Source: Patescibacteria group bacterium (GTDB lineage Bacteria; Patescibacteriota; Microgenomatia; Daviesbacterales; UBA10151). From it: a DNA stretch of 64,000 nucleotides. The notes beneath the pieces are model-generated. The model searched no databases. It saw nothing but the letters and a program-made list of their open reading frames with translations, and was not told the DNA's origin. The stretch spans positions 136,156 through 200,155 of the forward strand of contig CALRFD010000002.1 of the NCBI GenBank assembly GCA_943356485.1, given 5' to 3'. Each line of letters begins with the position of its first letter. The first letter of the stretch is position 1. Positions 50,946 through 60,639 of this stretch are shown piece after piece. Made by a program: the position numbers and the translations under genes.

Positions 50946-51459
50946 TGTTTCACTTTTTTTCTCTATATATAATTTTAGTCATAAATCTAGAGTCTTAGAT
51001 TTTGTGATGGTATTTATTACTAATTATGTAGTTTATCTAGCTCTATTTCTATCTATTATCTTGGCTGTTAAAGGCAAAACTTCAGAAAAAAAAGCATTTC
51101 TATTAATAATTTTGACTATCCCAATTTCTATACTACTGATCATGGTTATTCATTTATTTATAAGTGAACCCAGACCATTTGTAACATTTAATTTTATACC
51201 TTTGGCGGATAATCTAGCTGATGTCTCGTTCCCGTCCCGTCATGCTACAATCATGGCAGCAATCGGTTTGCCTTATCTTTACCTAAAATCCAAATGGGCA
51301 ATTATTTTTTTAATCTCAGTTATCTTAGTTGGTTTTTCCAGAATTTATATTGGAGTACATTATCCACTAGATGTCCTAGGTGGATTTTTAGTAGGTGGGT
51401 TAGCCTTGTTTTTATCTTTGCAAATTAAAAAAATTTTAATAGCTGGCTTTCTTCGATAA
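50938..51459 (+). CDS. PAP2 phosphatase (undecaprenyl-PP phosphatase-like)
   Basis: RP, SFPSRH, SRIYIGVHYPLD. Confidence 0.9.
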   Translation: MDNVSLFFSIYNFSHKSRVLDFVMVFITNYVVYLALFLSIILAVKGKTSEKKAFLLIILTIPISILLIMVIHLFISEPRPFVTFNFIPLADNLADVSFPSRHATIMAAIGLPYLYLKSKWAIIFLISVILVGFSRIYIGVHYPLDVLGGFLVGGLALFLSLQIKKILIAGFLR

Positions 51460-52746
51460 TCTTTTTAAGGCCAGAATATAAGCAGCAGTTCTGATATTAA
51501 CCTTTTTCTCCAGATGAATTTCCCAAATTTTCCCAAAAGCCGACTCCATCTTCTCTTTTAACTTCTGATTTACTTTTTGAAGATCCCACTTTTCTTTATG
51601 CATATTTTGATACCATTCAAAGTAGGACACAGTTACCCCTCCTGAGTTAGCCAAAACATCCGGAATAACCATAATCCCTCTCTTATTTAAAATTTCATCT
51701 GCCTCCGCTGTTGTTGGACCATTTGCCATTTCAAAAACAATTTTTGCTTTAATTTTCTTGGCATTCTCTTTTGTGATAACGTTTTCCATAGCGGCCGGAA
51801 TTAAAATATCTACTTCCAATCCGAGCAGCTGCTCATTTGAAATATCCCCCTCTTTATACTTTCTTGCTAAATCACAAACTGAACCGATGCAATAACAACC
51901 TGCCAAAACTCCTTTTTCTAATCTGCAAACTTTGACCAGATCAATATTAAATCCTTCCCCTGATGAGTCAAATATCCCACCTTTAACATCTGAAATCGCC
52001 ACTACTTTATACCCATTTTTATGTAAAATACTGGCAAAATTTGAACCGACATTTCCAAAACCCTGTATAGCTACAGTTAAAGGCCTGCCGGCCGGCAAGG
52101 TTTTTTCTTCTCTTAATTTTTTTATTAGTTTTTCTAAAACAAAAAATCCTCCTAGTCCGGTTGCTTCTTCCCGTCCAATCGATCCACCATTTAGAATAGA
52201 TTTTCCGGTCACTACAGCTTTAATCTCCTCTTCTTTAATACTTCCCCCTTTACCCTTACCCCTTACCGCTTTTCCGTATTCATCTTCTATCCAATCCATA
52301 ATTTTGGAGTTAGTATTAACATCCGGAGCCGGAACATCAACCTCTGCACCAATATTGGGAGCCAGTTTTCTGGCGAATTGTCTGGTTAATCGTTCCAGCT
52401 CACTTTCGCTTAACTGATGCGGATCTATTTCTAATCCGCCTTTTCCACCACCAAAAGGTACATTGACAATCGCATTTTTAATCATCATCCAAAAACCTAA
52501 AGCACAAACTTCATCCATATCCACCTTTGGATGAAATCTTAAACCTCCCTTATACGGACCGAGCAGATTATTGTATTGAACCCGATAACCCTTAACTATT
52601 TCTGTTTCTCCTGAATCCTTCTTAAAAGGGATTGCTAAAGTTATAGTCCTTTCCGGCAAAGAAAGTTGATCCAATAAACTTATGTCTAGATCTACAACCT
52701 TAGCAGCTTTTCTTAATTGTGTTAGGGCTGAATCAAAAGTACTCAT
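51436..52746 (-). CDS. gdhA: Glu/Leu/Phe/Val dehydrogenase (glutamate dehydrogenase)
   Basis: GPYKGGLRFHP, GGGKGG, DVPAPDVNT, QGFGNVG, ANSGGVTVSYFEW. Confidence 0.92.
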   Translation of the reverse strand: MSTFDSALTQLRKAAKVVDLDISLLDQLSLPERTITLAIPFKKDSGETEIVKGYRVQYNNLLGPYKGGLRFHPKVDMDEVCALGFWMMIKNAIVNVPFGGGKGGLEIDPHQLSESELERLTRQFARKLAPNIGAEVDVPAPDVNTNSKIMDWIEDEYGKAVRGKGKGGSIKEEEIKAVVTGKSILNGGSIGREEATGLGGFFVLEKLIKKLREEKTLPAGRPLTVAIQGFGNVGSNFASILHKNGYKVVAISDVKGGIFDSSGEGFNIDLVKVCRLEKGVLAGCYCIGSVCDLARKYKEGDISNEQLLGLEVDILIPAAMENVITKENAKKIKAKIVFEMANGPTTAEADEILNKRGIMVIPDVLANSGGVTVSYFEWYQNMHKEKWDLQKVNQKLKEKMESAFGKIWEIHLEKKVNIRTAAYILALKRLSKKASY

Positions 52747-54008
52747 GCTCTTAATATTTTTACTATTTTTTTATCACTTTTTAAAGGGGCAATTATTTGT
52801 AGATTCATTTTTTCTTTTTTGAAAAGGGTGCTGGCAACTATTTGTATATCCTCTTTAGTAATTAAATCTATTTTATGCAAATATTCATCAAAGGTTTCTA
52901 TCTTTCCGTCTAAAACAAAATTTATTCCAAAATACTCAGCTAAAAAATTAGTAGATTCGGATCTGATGGCCAGTCTTCCACGAATCATTTCCTTGGCTTT
53001 TTTAAGCTCTTCTTGCCCAACTGGCTCTGTAACCATTCTATTTAATTCTGATTTTATTACCTCAAGCGCTTCTTCTATTTTTTCTAACTTAACTCCTGCA
53101 TCAACCGTAAAAGCGCCTGTATCTTTGTAAAATTCATGATCAGCCCCAATATGATAAGCAAGTCCTCTCCTTTCCCTAACTTGTAAAAAAAGCCTTGAGG
53201 ACATTCCTTCACCCAGTATTGCCCCTAAAACTCTGGTCGCGTATTTTCGTTTATCATCCCTGCCAAAACCTTCAAATCCTAAGACTATATTTGCTTGGTC
53301 GGTCTGTTTGTAAAAAATAGCCACTTTCGGTTTTTCCTGTTTTAATTTTTTATATGGTTTTGGTTTGTATTGCGACCTTTTTGGTAATCTTAAAAAATAC
53401 TGATTGATTAGTTGATCTAAATGATTAGGCAATTTCCCTGCCAAAACCAGCACCATATTTTTTGGAGCATATAAACTTTCCATGTAGGAAATTAGGTCTT
53501 CTCTCGTAATTGAATTAACTGTTTTCTCATCTCCTCCTAAATCCCAACCTAGAGGTTGATCTCCGTATTGCAGTTTTTCATACAGATCCCAAACATATCT
53601 TTGCGGCATGTCACGATACATCCTTAACTCCTCAACAATTACCCCTTTTTCCCTGGCAATTTCTTCATCTGAAAGAAGAGATTCTTTAATCATGGATGAC
53701 AATATATCTAAAGCCAGTTCAACGTGTTTGCTGGAAGATTTAATCCAATAATAAGTAAACTCCTTTGTAGTCGCTGCATTATTTACAGCTCCAATACCAT
53801 CAACGATCGTTGAGATCTGCTCTGCTGTCGGATATTTTTTGCTCCCTTTAAAAAACATGTGTTCCAAAAAGTGTGAAATACCGCTTGATTTTTTAGTTTC
53901 ATACCTTGATCCGGCTCCAACTGTTACCAAAGTAGTCAATGAATCAAGGTGGGGTATATCAACAGTAATTAAAGTCAGGCCGTTTTTTAAAGTAGAGATT
54001 TTATGCAT
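52743..54008 (-). CDS. M16 family zinc peptidase
   Basis: HFLEHMFFKG (HxxEH), GMSSRLF..VRE.RGLAY. Confidence 0.93.
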   Translation of the reverse strand: MHKISTLKNGLTLITVDIPHLDSLTTLVTVGAGSRYETKKSSGISHFLEHMFFKGSKKYPTAEQISTIVDGIGAVNNAATTKEFTYYWIKSSSKHVELALDILSSMIKESLLSDEEIAREKGVIVEELRMYRDMPQRYVWDLYEKLQYGDQPLGWDLGGDEKTVNSITREDLISYMESLYAPKNMVLVLAGKLPNHLDQLINQYFLRLPKRSQYKPKPYKKLKQEKPKVAIFYKQTDQANIVLGFEGFGRDDKRKYATRVLGAILGEGMSSRLFLQVRERRGLAYHIGADHEFYKDTGAFTVDAGVKLEKIEEALEVIKSELNRMVTEPVGQEELKKAKEMIRGRLAIRSESTNFLAEYFGINFVLDGKIETFDEYLHKIDLITKEDIQIVASTLFKKEKMNLQIIAPLKSDKKIVKILRA

Positions 54009-54675
54009 CGTTTTTATTTTTTGAATCGATCAATCTTAACATTTCACCTACGGTTTGCTCAACATTGAGATTTGAGTTATCAATTGTAAATGCATCTTTG
54101 GGCACTCTTAATGGTGAGGCTTCTCTTGTCCTATCTTGGTGATCGCGATCCAGCATATCTCTTAGGATATCTTCAAACCGGATACTAGGATCAACTTGAA
54201 CTAATTGATTAAATCTTCTCTGAGCCCTGATTTCCGGAGCAGCAGTGAGGAAAAACTTATACTTTGCATCAGGATAAATCTCTGATCCAATATCCCGCCC
54301 CCCCATAACAATATGCCCTCTCTCACCTAATTTTTTCTGTATTCCTCTCATAATTTTACGAACCTCTGGAATCGCAGAGATAACCGGCACCAGTTTGGAA
54401 ATCTCCGGAGTATGCAATAAATCCGTTACGTCAATGCTTTCTAAAAACATCTTCCAGTGATCGTTAGTTTCAAACCTTATATCCAGTGTCCGGTAAACTT
54501 CTAAAATCCTATCCATATCTTGTTCTAAGATATTCTCCTGTAACATCTTCAAACAACCAGCCCGATAAATCATTCCCGTATCAATGTACTGATAGCCTAA
54601 TTTTTTAGCTAACAAAAATCCGACTGAATTTTTGCCGGATGAGGTAGGTCCATCTATAGTTACTAAATTTTCCAC
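54001..54675 (-). CDS. cmk: cytidylate kinase
   Basis: IDGPTSSGK, DTGMIYRA, GRDIG, RD..D..R..SPL. Confidence 0.93.
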   Translation of the reverse strand: MENLVTIDGPTSSGKNSVGFLLAKKLGYQYIDTGMIYRAGCLKMLQENILEQDMDRILEVYRTLDIRFETNDHWKMFLESIDVTDLLHTPEISKLVPVISAIPEVRKIMRGIQKKLGERGHIVMGGRDIGSEIYPDAKYKFFLTAAPEIRAQRRFNQLVQVDPSIRFEDILRDMLDRDHQDRTREASPLRVPKDAFTIDNSNLNVEQTVGEMLRLIDSKNKNDA

Positions 54676-54700
54676 GTCTTCTAGTTTATCACAAACCTTT

Positions 54701-55945
54701 CTACTTTTTAGGAGTGTAGTATTTTTTACCTCTTAGCTTTTCCGGTAGTAAATCTTCTGTGGTATATTTCCCCGCCTGCCAGTCCGCCATCGGCTTTGCC
54801 GAAGGCATGCCGGCGGGCAACGCTTGATGCGTAGCATTTGCGGGCAGGTCATAGCCTTTTCCATAACTTAAATCCTTCATCAATTTTGTCGGAGCATTTC
54901 TAATACTCATCGGTATTGGCAGATTTCCAAATTTTTTTACATGTTCCAGCGCCTTAAAATAAGCCTCATACGAAGATCTATCTTTTTTAGCCATTGCCAA
55001 ATACACCACTCCATGAGCTAAATTTATCTGACACTCAGGATACCCAATTGTCTCACAGGCTCGGAAAACTTCATTAGCTACAACTAAGGCTGTTGGTTGG
55101 GTCTGTCCAATATCTTCGGAAGCAAAAATCACCATTCTCCTTGCAATAAACAAAGGATCTTCACCGGCAGAAATCATCCTGGCTAAATAGTATAAGGCTG
55201 CATCTGGGTTTGATGCCCGCATGGATTTTATAAAAGCCGAAATAGTATTGTAGTGTTCCTCGCCGTTCTTATCGTACATTAAAGCCTTTTTTTGAAAAGC
55301 TTCTTCTATTTGAAGAACTCCGATTTCACTTTTTAACCCGGCTGCAATTTCTAAAGTGTTCAACATTACCCTACCATCACCACCGCTTAATTCCATCAAT
55401 AATCGTTTACCTTTTTTGTCTATCTTAGCTTTCAGTTCTTTTAAACCTCTTTTAATAATTTCTGATAAATCATCTTCATTCAAAGGCCGCAGTACCAAAA
55501 CTCTGGAGCGGGAAAGCAACGGCGCGATTATCTCAAACGAGGGATTTTCTGTGGTGGCACCAATCAAAATAATCTGACCAGTTTCCACCAGCGGCAAAAA
55601 AGCATCCTGTTGAGCTTTATTGAAACGATGAATTTCATCAATAAAAACAACCGGTGGTGGAAGCAAACTACTTTGCCTATTAACTCTTACTCCTTCTATA
55701 ATTTTTTTAACTTCAGCAATCCCGGTATTTACCGCGGAAAATTCCAAAAATTCAGAAGCTGTTTCTAACGCTATAATTCTGGCTATCGTTGTTTTCCCCA
55801 CTCCTGGCGGCCCCCATAAAATCATCGAGAAGATCTTTTTGCTTTTAATAGATTCAAAAAGTAACTTATCTTGCGACAATAAATGCTTTTGTCCAACATA
55901 GTCTTTTAAAAATTTTGGTCTTAATTTATCAGCCAGTGGAATCAT
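54701..55945 (-). CDS. rarA: replication-associated recombination protein A
   Basis: PLADKLRP, WGPPGVGKTT, DEIHRFNKAQQD, GATTENPSF, ASEDIG. Confidence 0.96.
   Translation of the reverse strand: MIPLADKLRPKFLKDYVGQKHLLSQDKLLFESIKSKKIFSMILWGPPGVGKTTIARIIALETASEFLEFSAVNTGIAEVKKIIEGVRVNRQSSLLPPPVVFIDEIHRFNKAQQDAFLPLVETGQIILIGATTENPSFEIIAPLLSRSRVLVLRPLNEDDLSEIIKRGLKELKAKIDKKGKRLLMELSGGDGRVMLNTLEIAAGLKSEIGVLQIEEAFQKKALMYDKNGEEHYNTISAFIKSMRASNPDAALYYLARMISAGEDPLFIARRMVIFASEDIGQTQPTALVVANEVFRACETIGYPECQINLAHGVVYLAMAKKDRSSYEAYFKALEHVKKFGNLPIPMSIRNAPTKLMKDLSYGKGYDLPANATHQALPAGMPSAKPMADWQAGKYTTEDLLPEKLRGKKYYTPKK
54770..54847. repeat. 78-nt GC-rich nested palindromic element, in frame in rarA
   Basis: outer arms CCCGCCTGC/GCGGGCAGG, inner GTCCGCC...GGCGGGC; encodes LPANATHQALPAGMPSAKPMADWQAG. 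Confidence 0.85.
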
Positions 55946-55955
55946 ATTAATTTAA

Positions 55956-58900
55956 CTATGTCTGTAAAAGCCTACTGATTTCATCAATCTTTTTTTGTGT
56001 TTCTTCTGAAAGACTTGCCTGTCCTTTTAAGTTTGTATCTGGTTTTCTAAACACAAATAATCGATCAAGCGAAGCACTACCTCCAGCATCTTCTGTATAG
56101 GCTCCTGCATCGCACATAAAATACATCTTTAACAGTTCAAAGAATTGGCTAACTGGAATTCCCGATTCTTGCGCTGCATCCCTGATGCTTTCTGCTGCGT
56201 CCTCACCAGTAAGATGTCCTTGTAAATATTCTCCCAGATAGTCCTGATTTGCAATCGCCACCATAACTTCCATCTCTTGTGGTTTGAAACCAACACCTTG
56301 AATTATTCCTGGTAAAAATTTCATTGTATATTCATGTTGCTGCGATGTTGTTTTGGCAATTTGAACAGAAAGAGGTTTGCCTAAATCATGTAAGGATAGC
56401 ATCATTCTAAAGCCTTCCTGTGAAATAAGCGGTGATTTCCATCTATCAGCAAAATATTTTTCATATTGTCCCATCGCCATTAAGGTATGTTGATCGAGGG
56501 TGTAACCTTCCCAAACTCCAACCGAGCTTTCGTATAAGTGTTGCATAAATGGAGATTTCTTTAAAGTTTGTATCAACTCTGATGGGGTAAAGTCTTTCTT
56601 ATCTAAAATATTTCTGACCTCTTCATTCTTAACTTTATACTCTTCATACATTTCAGGAGTAAAAATTATCTTTCCTTCCACATTAACAACTGGAATATAA
56701 AATCCATTTTGGGCAATAGTAAAATATATTCTTTGCATTTCAGCTTCATTACTAGTTAAAGAATCCTTAGCAATCATTACATCGATTTCTGTCGAGGCAA
56801 TACCGGTTCTAATACCATAATGGTTTGAACTAGCTACTCCGGAGAAAAATAATTCATATTTATTACTACTATAGTGTGGACTTTGCTCCTCTCTCGAATT
56901 TTGAAACTGTCCCCGATCTCGAAAAACAAGTAATAACTCTCCATATATAGAAGATTTTGAATTTGCGATAACGGTCTTTAAATCTTGTCCTTCCTGATCA
57001 ACCATAATTCTGGTGACATCAGTATCAAAAGGAGTATGATCTGAGTCTGCTGAAGCTCCTAAATATTCTTTCGCTAAAGATCCATTAAGCAGAATATTTT
57101 CCAGAAACTCTGTATTTATTCCTTTCAATAAATCACCTTCATGAATTACTATACTTTTGGCTTCTTCCAAAGCTTCTTTCGCGTATTGAATGTTTCTGCT
57201 ACCTCCCACCTTCTTCACTAATGCCATTTGTTCCAATGCCTCCTGAATTGTTCTAAACCCCAAGGGTCTTAGAAACATAGAAGATACTCTCTCAAGCAAT
57301 CTTTGATTACCATCTATCCCTAAATTTCGTTTAAGCTCAATAACACGCTCTTGTACCTCTAAGCCAATTGTTGGTTGCGCGTTTTTTCTTCTTCCAAATT
57401 GAGAATTAGCATACAAAACATCCATTCTGTTTAAAAATCTGATAGCCTGTTCCCTCTTACTGGAGTTCTCTTTTCCTTCTAAGACTCCTGCTCCATGTTG
57501 TTCAACCTCATCTATAACTTGCTGGCTCGATTGTAAGGTTTGTAAGAAGTTTAAAAGTGAGGGATTGCCTGAATCTATTGCTACTTTTAATAAATCTCTA
57601 TAAATAATTGCATATCTTCTGGAATTATCTGCATTTACTAAAATAGGACTTAATATGTTCTTTTTACCATCTATTTTTTCTTGAAACTTAGCAGGATGAT
57701 GTAGTATTTCAAAAACACGATAGACTTTTCCTACATAAGGCAAGTTATTTTTTTCAAATACTTCTATAATCCTATCCAGATAATATTTCGGATTTTCTGT
57801 TTGCCAAAGTTGTTGGACGATTTCGGTTTCAAGTCTTTTTATTTCCGCTGAAGAAGAGTTTTTAATCCTAACTGTTGCTTCTCCCGCAACCCGATACTTT
57901 TCGGCTTGAGCTAAGGGGATATCCGGAAAATTTGGATACTCTTGTATCACCCTTCGTCTTAAATCATCCGGAAGGTCTTGCCAGGTTATAAAAACTGATC
58001 GTTCATTGCTATTATACTGAGAGAGAACCTCCTCGCTTAGAAGTTTTGTGAGCAATTGATAATCCTGTGTTCTTATAACAGCATCGATCAGTATTCTTGA
58101 TGGTCTACGATCATAACCAAAACCTGTAAATAAACTCTTATAATCTCCATGTAAACAAATATCAACTAAACTATCACTTAGGCTTTCTGTATGAGCAAAG
58201 CGCTTGATATCATTAGCCATTCGATATCTATCCATAATTTCGGGTTTTATATCAGGAAAATCTATCTCTTCGGCACACTTTATTCGTAGTTGATCATCTA
58301 GATAGCCCCATTCCCTCAAGGCCTTGGGACTATCACCTTCAAAAGAATTCCATATGTCAGGACGTAAAACCAGGAATAATCCACGAGGTTTTTTTTGTTC
58401 AATAAGCAGTTTGGCAAATTGAGCATTGGGTTTATTATCAGTAAAAAGTAGGTCAACATCACCCTTATACTGTCCCAACGGCTCATAAACCTCCATCAGT
58501 TCCCAATATGAACGTCCGGAAAGCTCTTTTAAGAAAAAATCGCTCGACGATAAAATATTCGAAAGCTTTAGAACGCGATCGATATATTCAGAATTTATTA
58601 TATTTTGATGATTCTTATCGTATGCAGAAGCTGCTATACTATCTTGTAAACCTTCTGGAAGATTAATAATCGCTTTAAGCCACTCTCCTTTTTTGTCTTC
58701 TGGAATTCTACTGAATACATAGAAATTCTTAAGGGACATATAATTAACCTTTTTAATCCAATCTGCATTCTTAAAGTTTTCCAAATCCAGGGGAACACCA
58801 TATTTCTTAAGAAGAGTAATTGTATCTATATAGGGAACTAGCGTACTTAACCAATCTAGTTCAAGATATCTATCTTCTATACTTTCAATTATTCTTTTCG

Positions 58901-60590
58901 GAATATTTGGATCGATTAAGTCGAAAAGCTCACGGGCTTTAAATAACTGAATCAATAGAGGTTCTTTTCTACTGCCATCAAATATATCATTTTCATATTG
59001 GAAGAAATTTTGGGGCTGAATCAAAATACCTTTACCTTTTAATTCGTCTATAAAAACCTGAAATTCTGGACTTACTAATATCTCTCTTCTGTACTGAGTC
59101 CTTTGCAAGTTTTTTAATTCGTCAGGATATACCAAGGTTTTTAACACTTCAAGCTTACTATCATTCATGTATTTATCAGAGCCATATTTTCCATCCAGTG
59201 AAGAAAATATCAAATTATTAATAGTTACTAGCTCTTTTCTGGCTGGATATAACTCAGCTACAAGGCTTGCTGGAACATTTACTCCAGCCATTTTCCGTAA
59301 TACTTTGGCAAAGGCTTGTTTTTCTTTATCAAACAGCACAGTCCTAACAGCAGGCTTTGCTAAAAATTGCAGTAGATTTTGATTAAGTTGTCTTTGTTTA
59401 GGAACTTCAGATGCTTCATAAGACCTACGGGTTTCAAAAATTGATCCCTCTATTGTCACTCCGGAATTGATTAAGATAGTAAGAGGTGAAAGCAGCTTAT
59501 CCTGCTCTAGCGCATTTAAAGAATCAAATACAGAAAAACCTTGTTCCAAACTAGGAATCACACCTGCTTCCATCCCTACTGCCAGAAACTCAAGTTTGTC
59601 CGGATTATTAATCAACTCATAATAGGCAGGCAGCTCGGCTACCTTAACCCTCCTCCCTAGTGACCTTGCCAAAACTCCAGCTTTTTCAAAAAATTCTGGA
59701 GTATAGATAGAAATGTCTACTTCTTTTGCGACTGCACTTAATTCATCTATCTGCGTTTTTTCACCGTTCCACTGACGCAACTCCCAATTCTCATGCGGAA
59801 GCGAGTCCATTCCTCTAATTAAGGGCAACACCTGCTCTAGGTTTGGATCTTGTAATAGCTCTATAAATTTGGTCGCCTCAGAAGAAGAGCTTTTTAACTG
59901 ATATGATTCTAGAAAATAAGAATTAAATCTCTTCTGTGGCTCAAGTGCTTTAAAAAGCGGTATCGCATCAACTCCTGTTTCCAATAGTTTTTTTATAACA
60001 GGAATGTTGTCTACCCCTACATTAAAGACTGAATCCTTTAACATATGAAACTTTATCTTTCCTTTTTCAAAAGAAGAGCCAAAATAACCTCTAAAACCTT
60101 TTGTTCGCCATTCTTGAATAATTCTATTTTTTTCCTCATAGGAGATACCTGCATTATATGATTTATCAAGTGAGGTAGTTTTTATAAAGGTAGTTTCAAA
60201 ATATTCAACCAGACTGTTAAATCCTTCAATATCTTTAACTCCCTTAAATCTCGCTAAAACTTCTAAACCCTTATGGCGGATTTTATCCAGGCCAGTAAAC
60301 GTCCGCGTTCTTTCAGCCTCGGGAGTAACAGAATAATTTTCCGGGTTTATATGTTTACTAAAAACCTCGAAGTGATCCTGAGGCATTTCCTGGTGGATTT
60401 CGATCAAAGCTTTTTGATATTCTACCTCTGGATCTAATAAGCTTACCTTAACAATCTTTTCTGATGGCTTTATTAACACATCATTAGATGTTGCAGCTTC
60501 TGGATGTAAAGCCTCAGGAGCTTTTTCCAAAGCCTTATCTTCTTCCGGGATTATTCCTGCTTGTTGGTCTGGTGATGACAGTCCTGGCAT
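55956..60590 (-). CDS. giant hypothetical protein with C-terminal HD-like domain
   Basis: 1544-aa ORF; H...LHDLGK...H near the C-terminus; internal ~100-aa duplication. Confidence 0.75.
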   Translation of the reverse strand: MPGLSSPDQQAGIIPEEDKALEKAPEALHPEAATSNDVLIKPSEKIVKVSLLDPEVEYQKALIEIHQEMPQDHFEVFSKHINPENYSVTPEAERTRTFTGLDKIRHKGLEVLARFKGVKDIEGFNSLVEYFETTFIKTTSLDKSYNAGISYEEKNRIIQEWRTKGFRGYFGSSFEKGKIKFHMLKDSVFNVGVDNIPVIKKLLETGVDAIPLFKALEPQKRFNSYFLESYQLKSSSSEATKFIELLQDPNLEQVLPLIRGMDSLPHENWELRQWNGEKTQIDELSAVAKEVDISIYTPEFFEKAGVLARSLGRRVKVAELPAYYELINNPDKLEFLAVGMEAGVIPSLEQGFSVFDSLNALEQDKLLSPLTILINSGVTIEGSIFETRRSYEASEVPKQRQLNQNLLQFLAKPAVRTVLFDKEKQAFAKVLRKMAGVNVPASLVAELYPARKELVTINNLIFSSLDGKYGSDKYMNDSKLEVLKTLVYPDELKNLQRTQYRREILVSPEFQVFIDELKGKGILIQPQNFFQYENDIFDGSRKEPLLIQLFKARELFDLIDPNIPKRIIESIEDRYLELDWLSTLVPYIDTITLLKKYGVPLDLENFKNADWIKKVNYMSLKNFYVFSRIPEDKKGEWLKAIINLPEGLQDSIAASAYDKNHQNIINSEYIDRVLKLSNILSSSDFFLKELSGRSYWELMEVYEPLGQYKGDVDLLFTDNKPNAQFAKLLIEQKKPRGLFLVLRPDIWNSFEGDSPKALREWGYLDDQLRIKCAEEIDFPDIKPEIMDRYRMANDIKRFAHTESLSDSLVDICLHGDYKSLFTGFGYDRRPSRILIDAVIRTQDYQLLTKLLSEEVLSQYNSNERSVFITWQDLPDDLRRRVIQEYPNFPDIPLAQAEKYRVAGEATVRIKNSSSAEIKRLETEIVQQLWQTENPKYYLDRIIEVFEKNNLPYVGKVYRVFEILHHPAKFQEKIDGKKNILSPILVNADNSRRYAIIYRDLLKVAIDSGNPSLLNFLQTLQSSQQVIDEVEQHGAGVLEGKENSSKREQAIRFLNRMDVLYANSQFGRRKNAQPTIGLEVQERVIELKRNLGIDGNQRLLERVSSMFLRPLGFRTIQEALEQMALVKKVGGSRNIQYAKEALEEAKSIVIHEGDLLKGINTEFLENILLNGSLAKEYLGASADSDHTPFDTDVTRIMVDQEGQDLKTVIANSKSSIYGELLLVFRDRGQFQNSREEQSPHYSSNKYELFFSGVASSNHYGIRTGIASTEIDVMIAKDSLTSNEAEMQRIYFTIAQNGFYIPVVNVEGKIIFTPEMYEEYKVKNEEVRNILDKKDFTPSELIQTLKKSPFMQHLYESSVGVWEGYTLDQHTLMAMGQYEKYFADRWKSPLISQEGFRMMLSLHDLGKPLSVQIAKTTSQQHEYTMKFLPGIIQGVGFKPQEMEVMVAIANQDYLGEYLQGHLTGEDAAESIRDAAQESGIPVSQFFELLKMYFMCDAGAYTEDAGGSASLDRLFVFRKPDTNLKGQASLSEETQKKIDEISRLLQT

Positions 60591-60639
60591 AGTTTTATTT
60601 TGACTGGTATGCTCTTATTTCAAGTTTAGCACAGAACTT

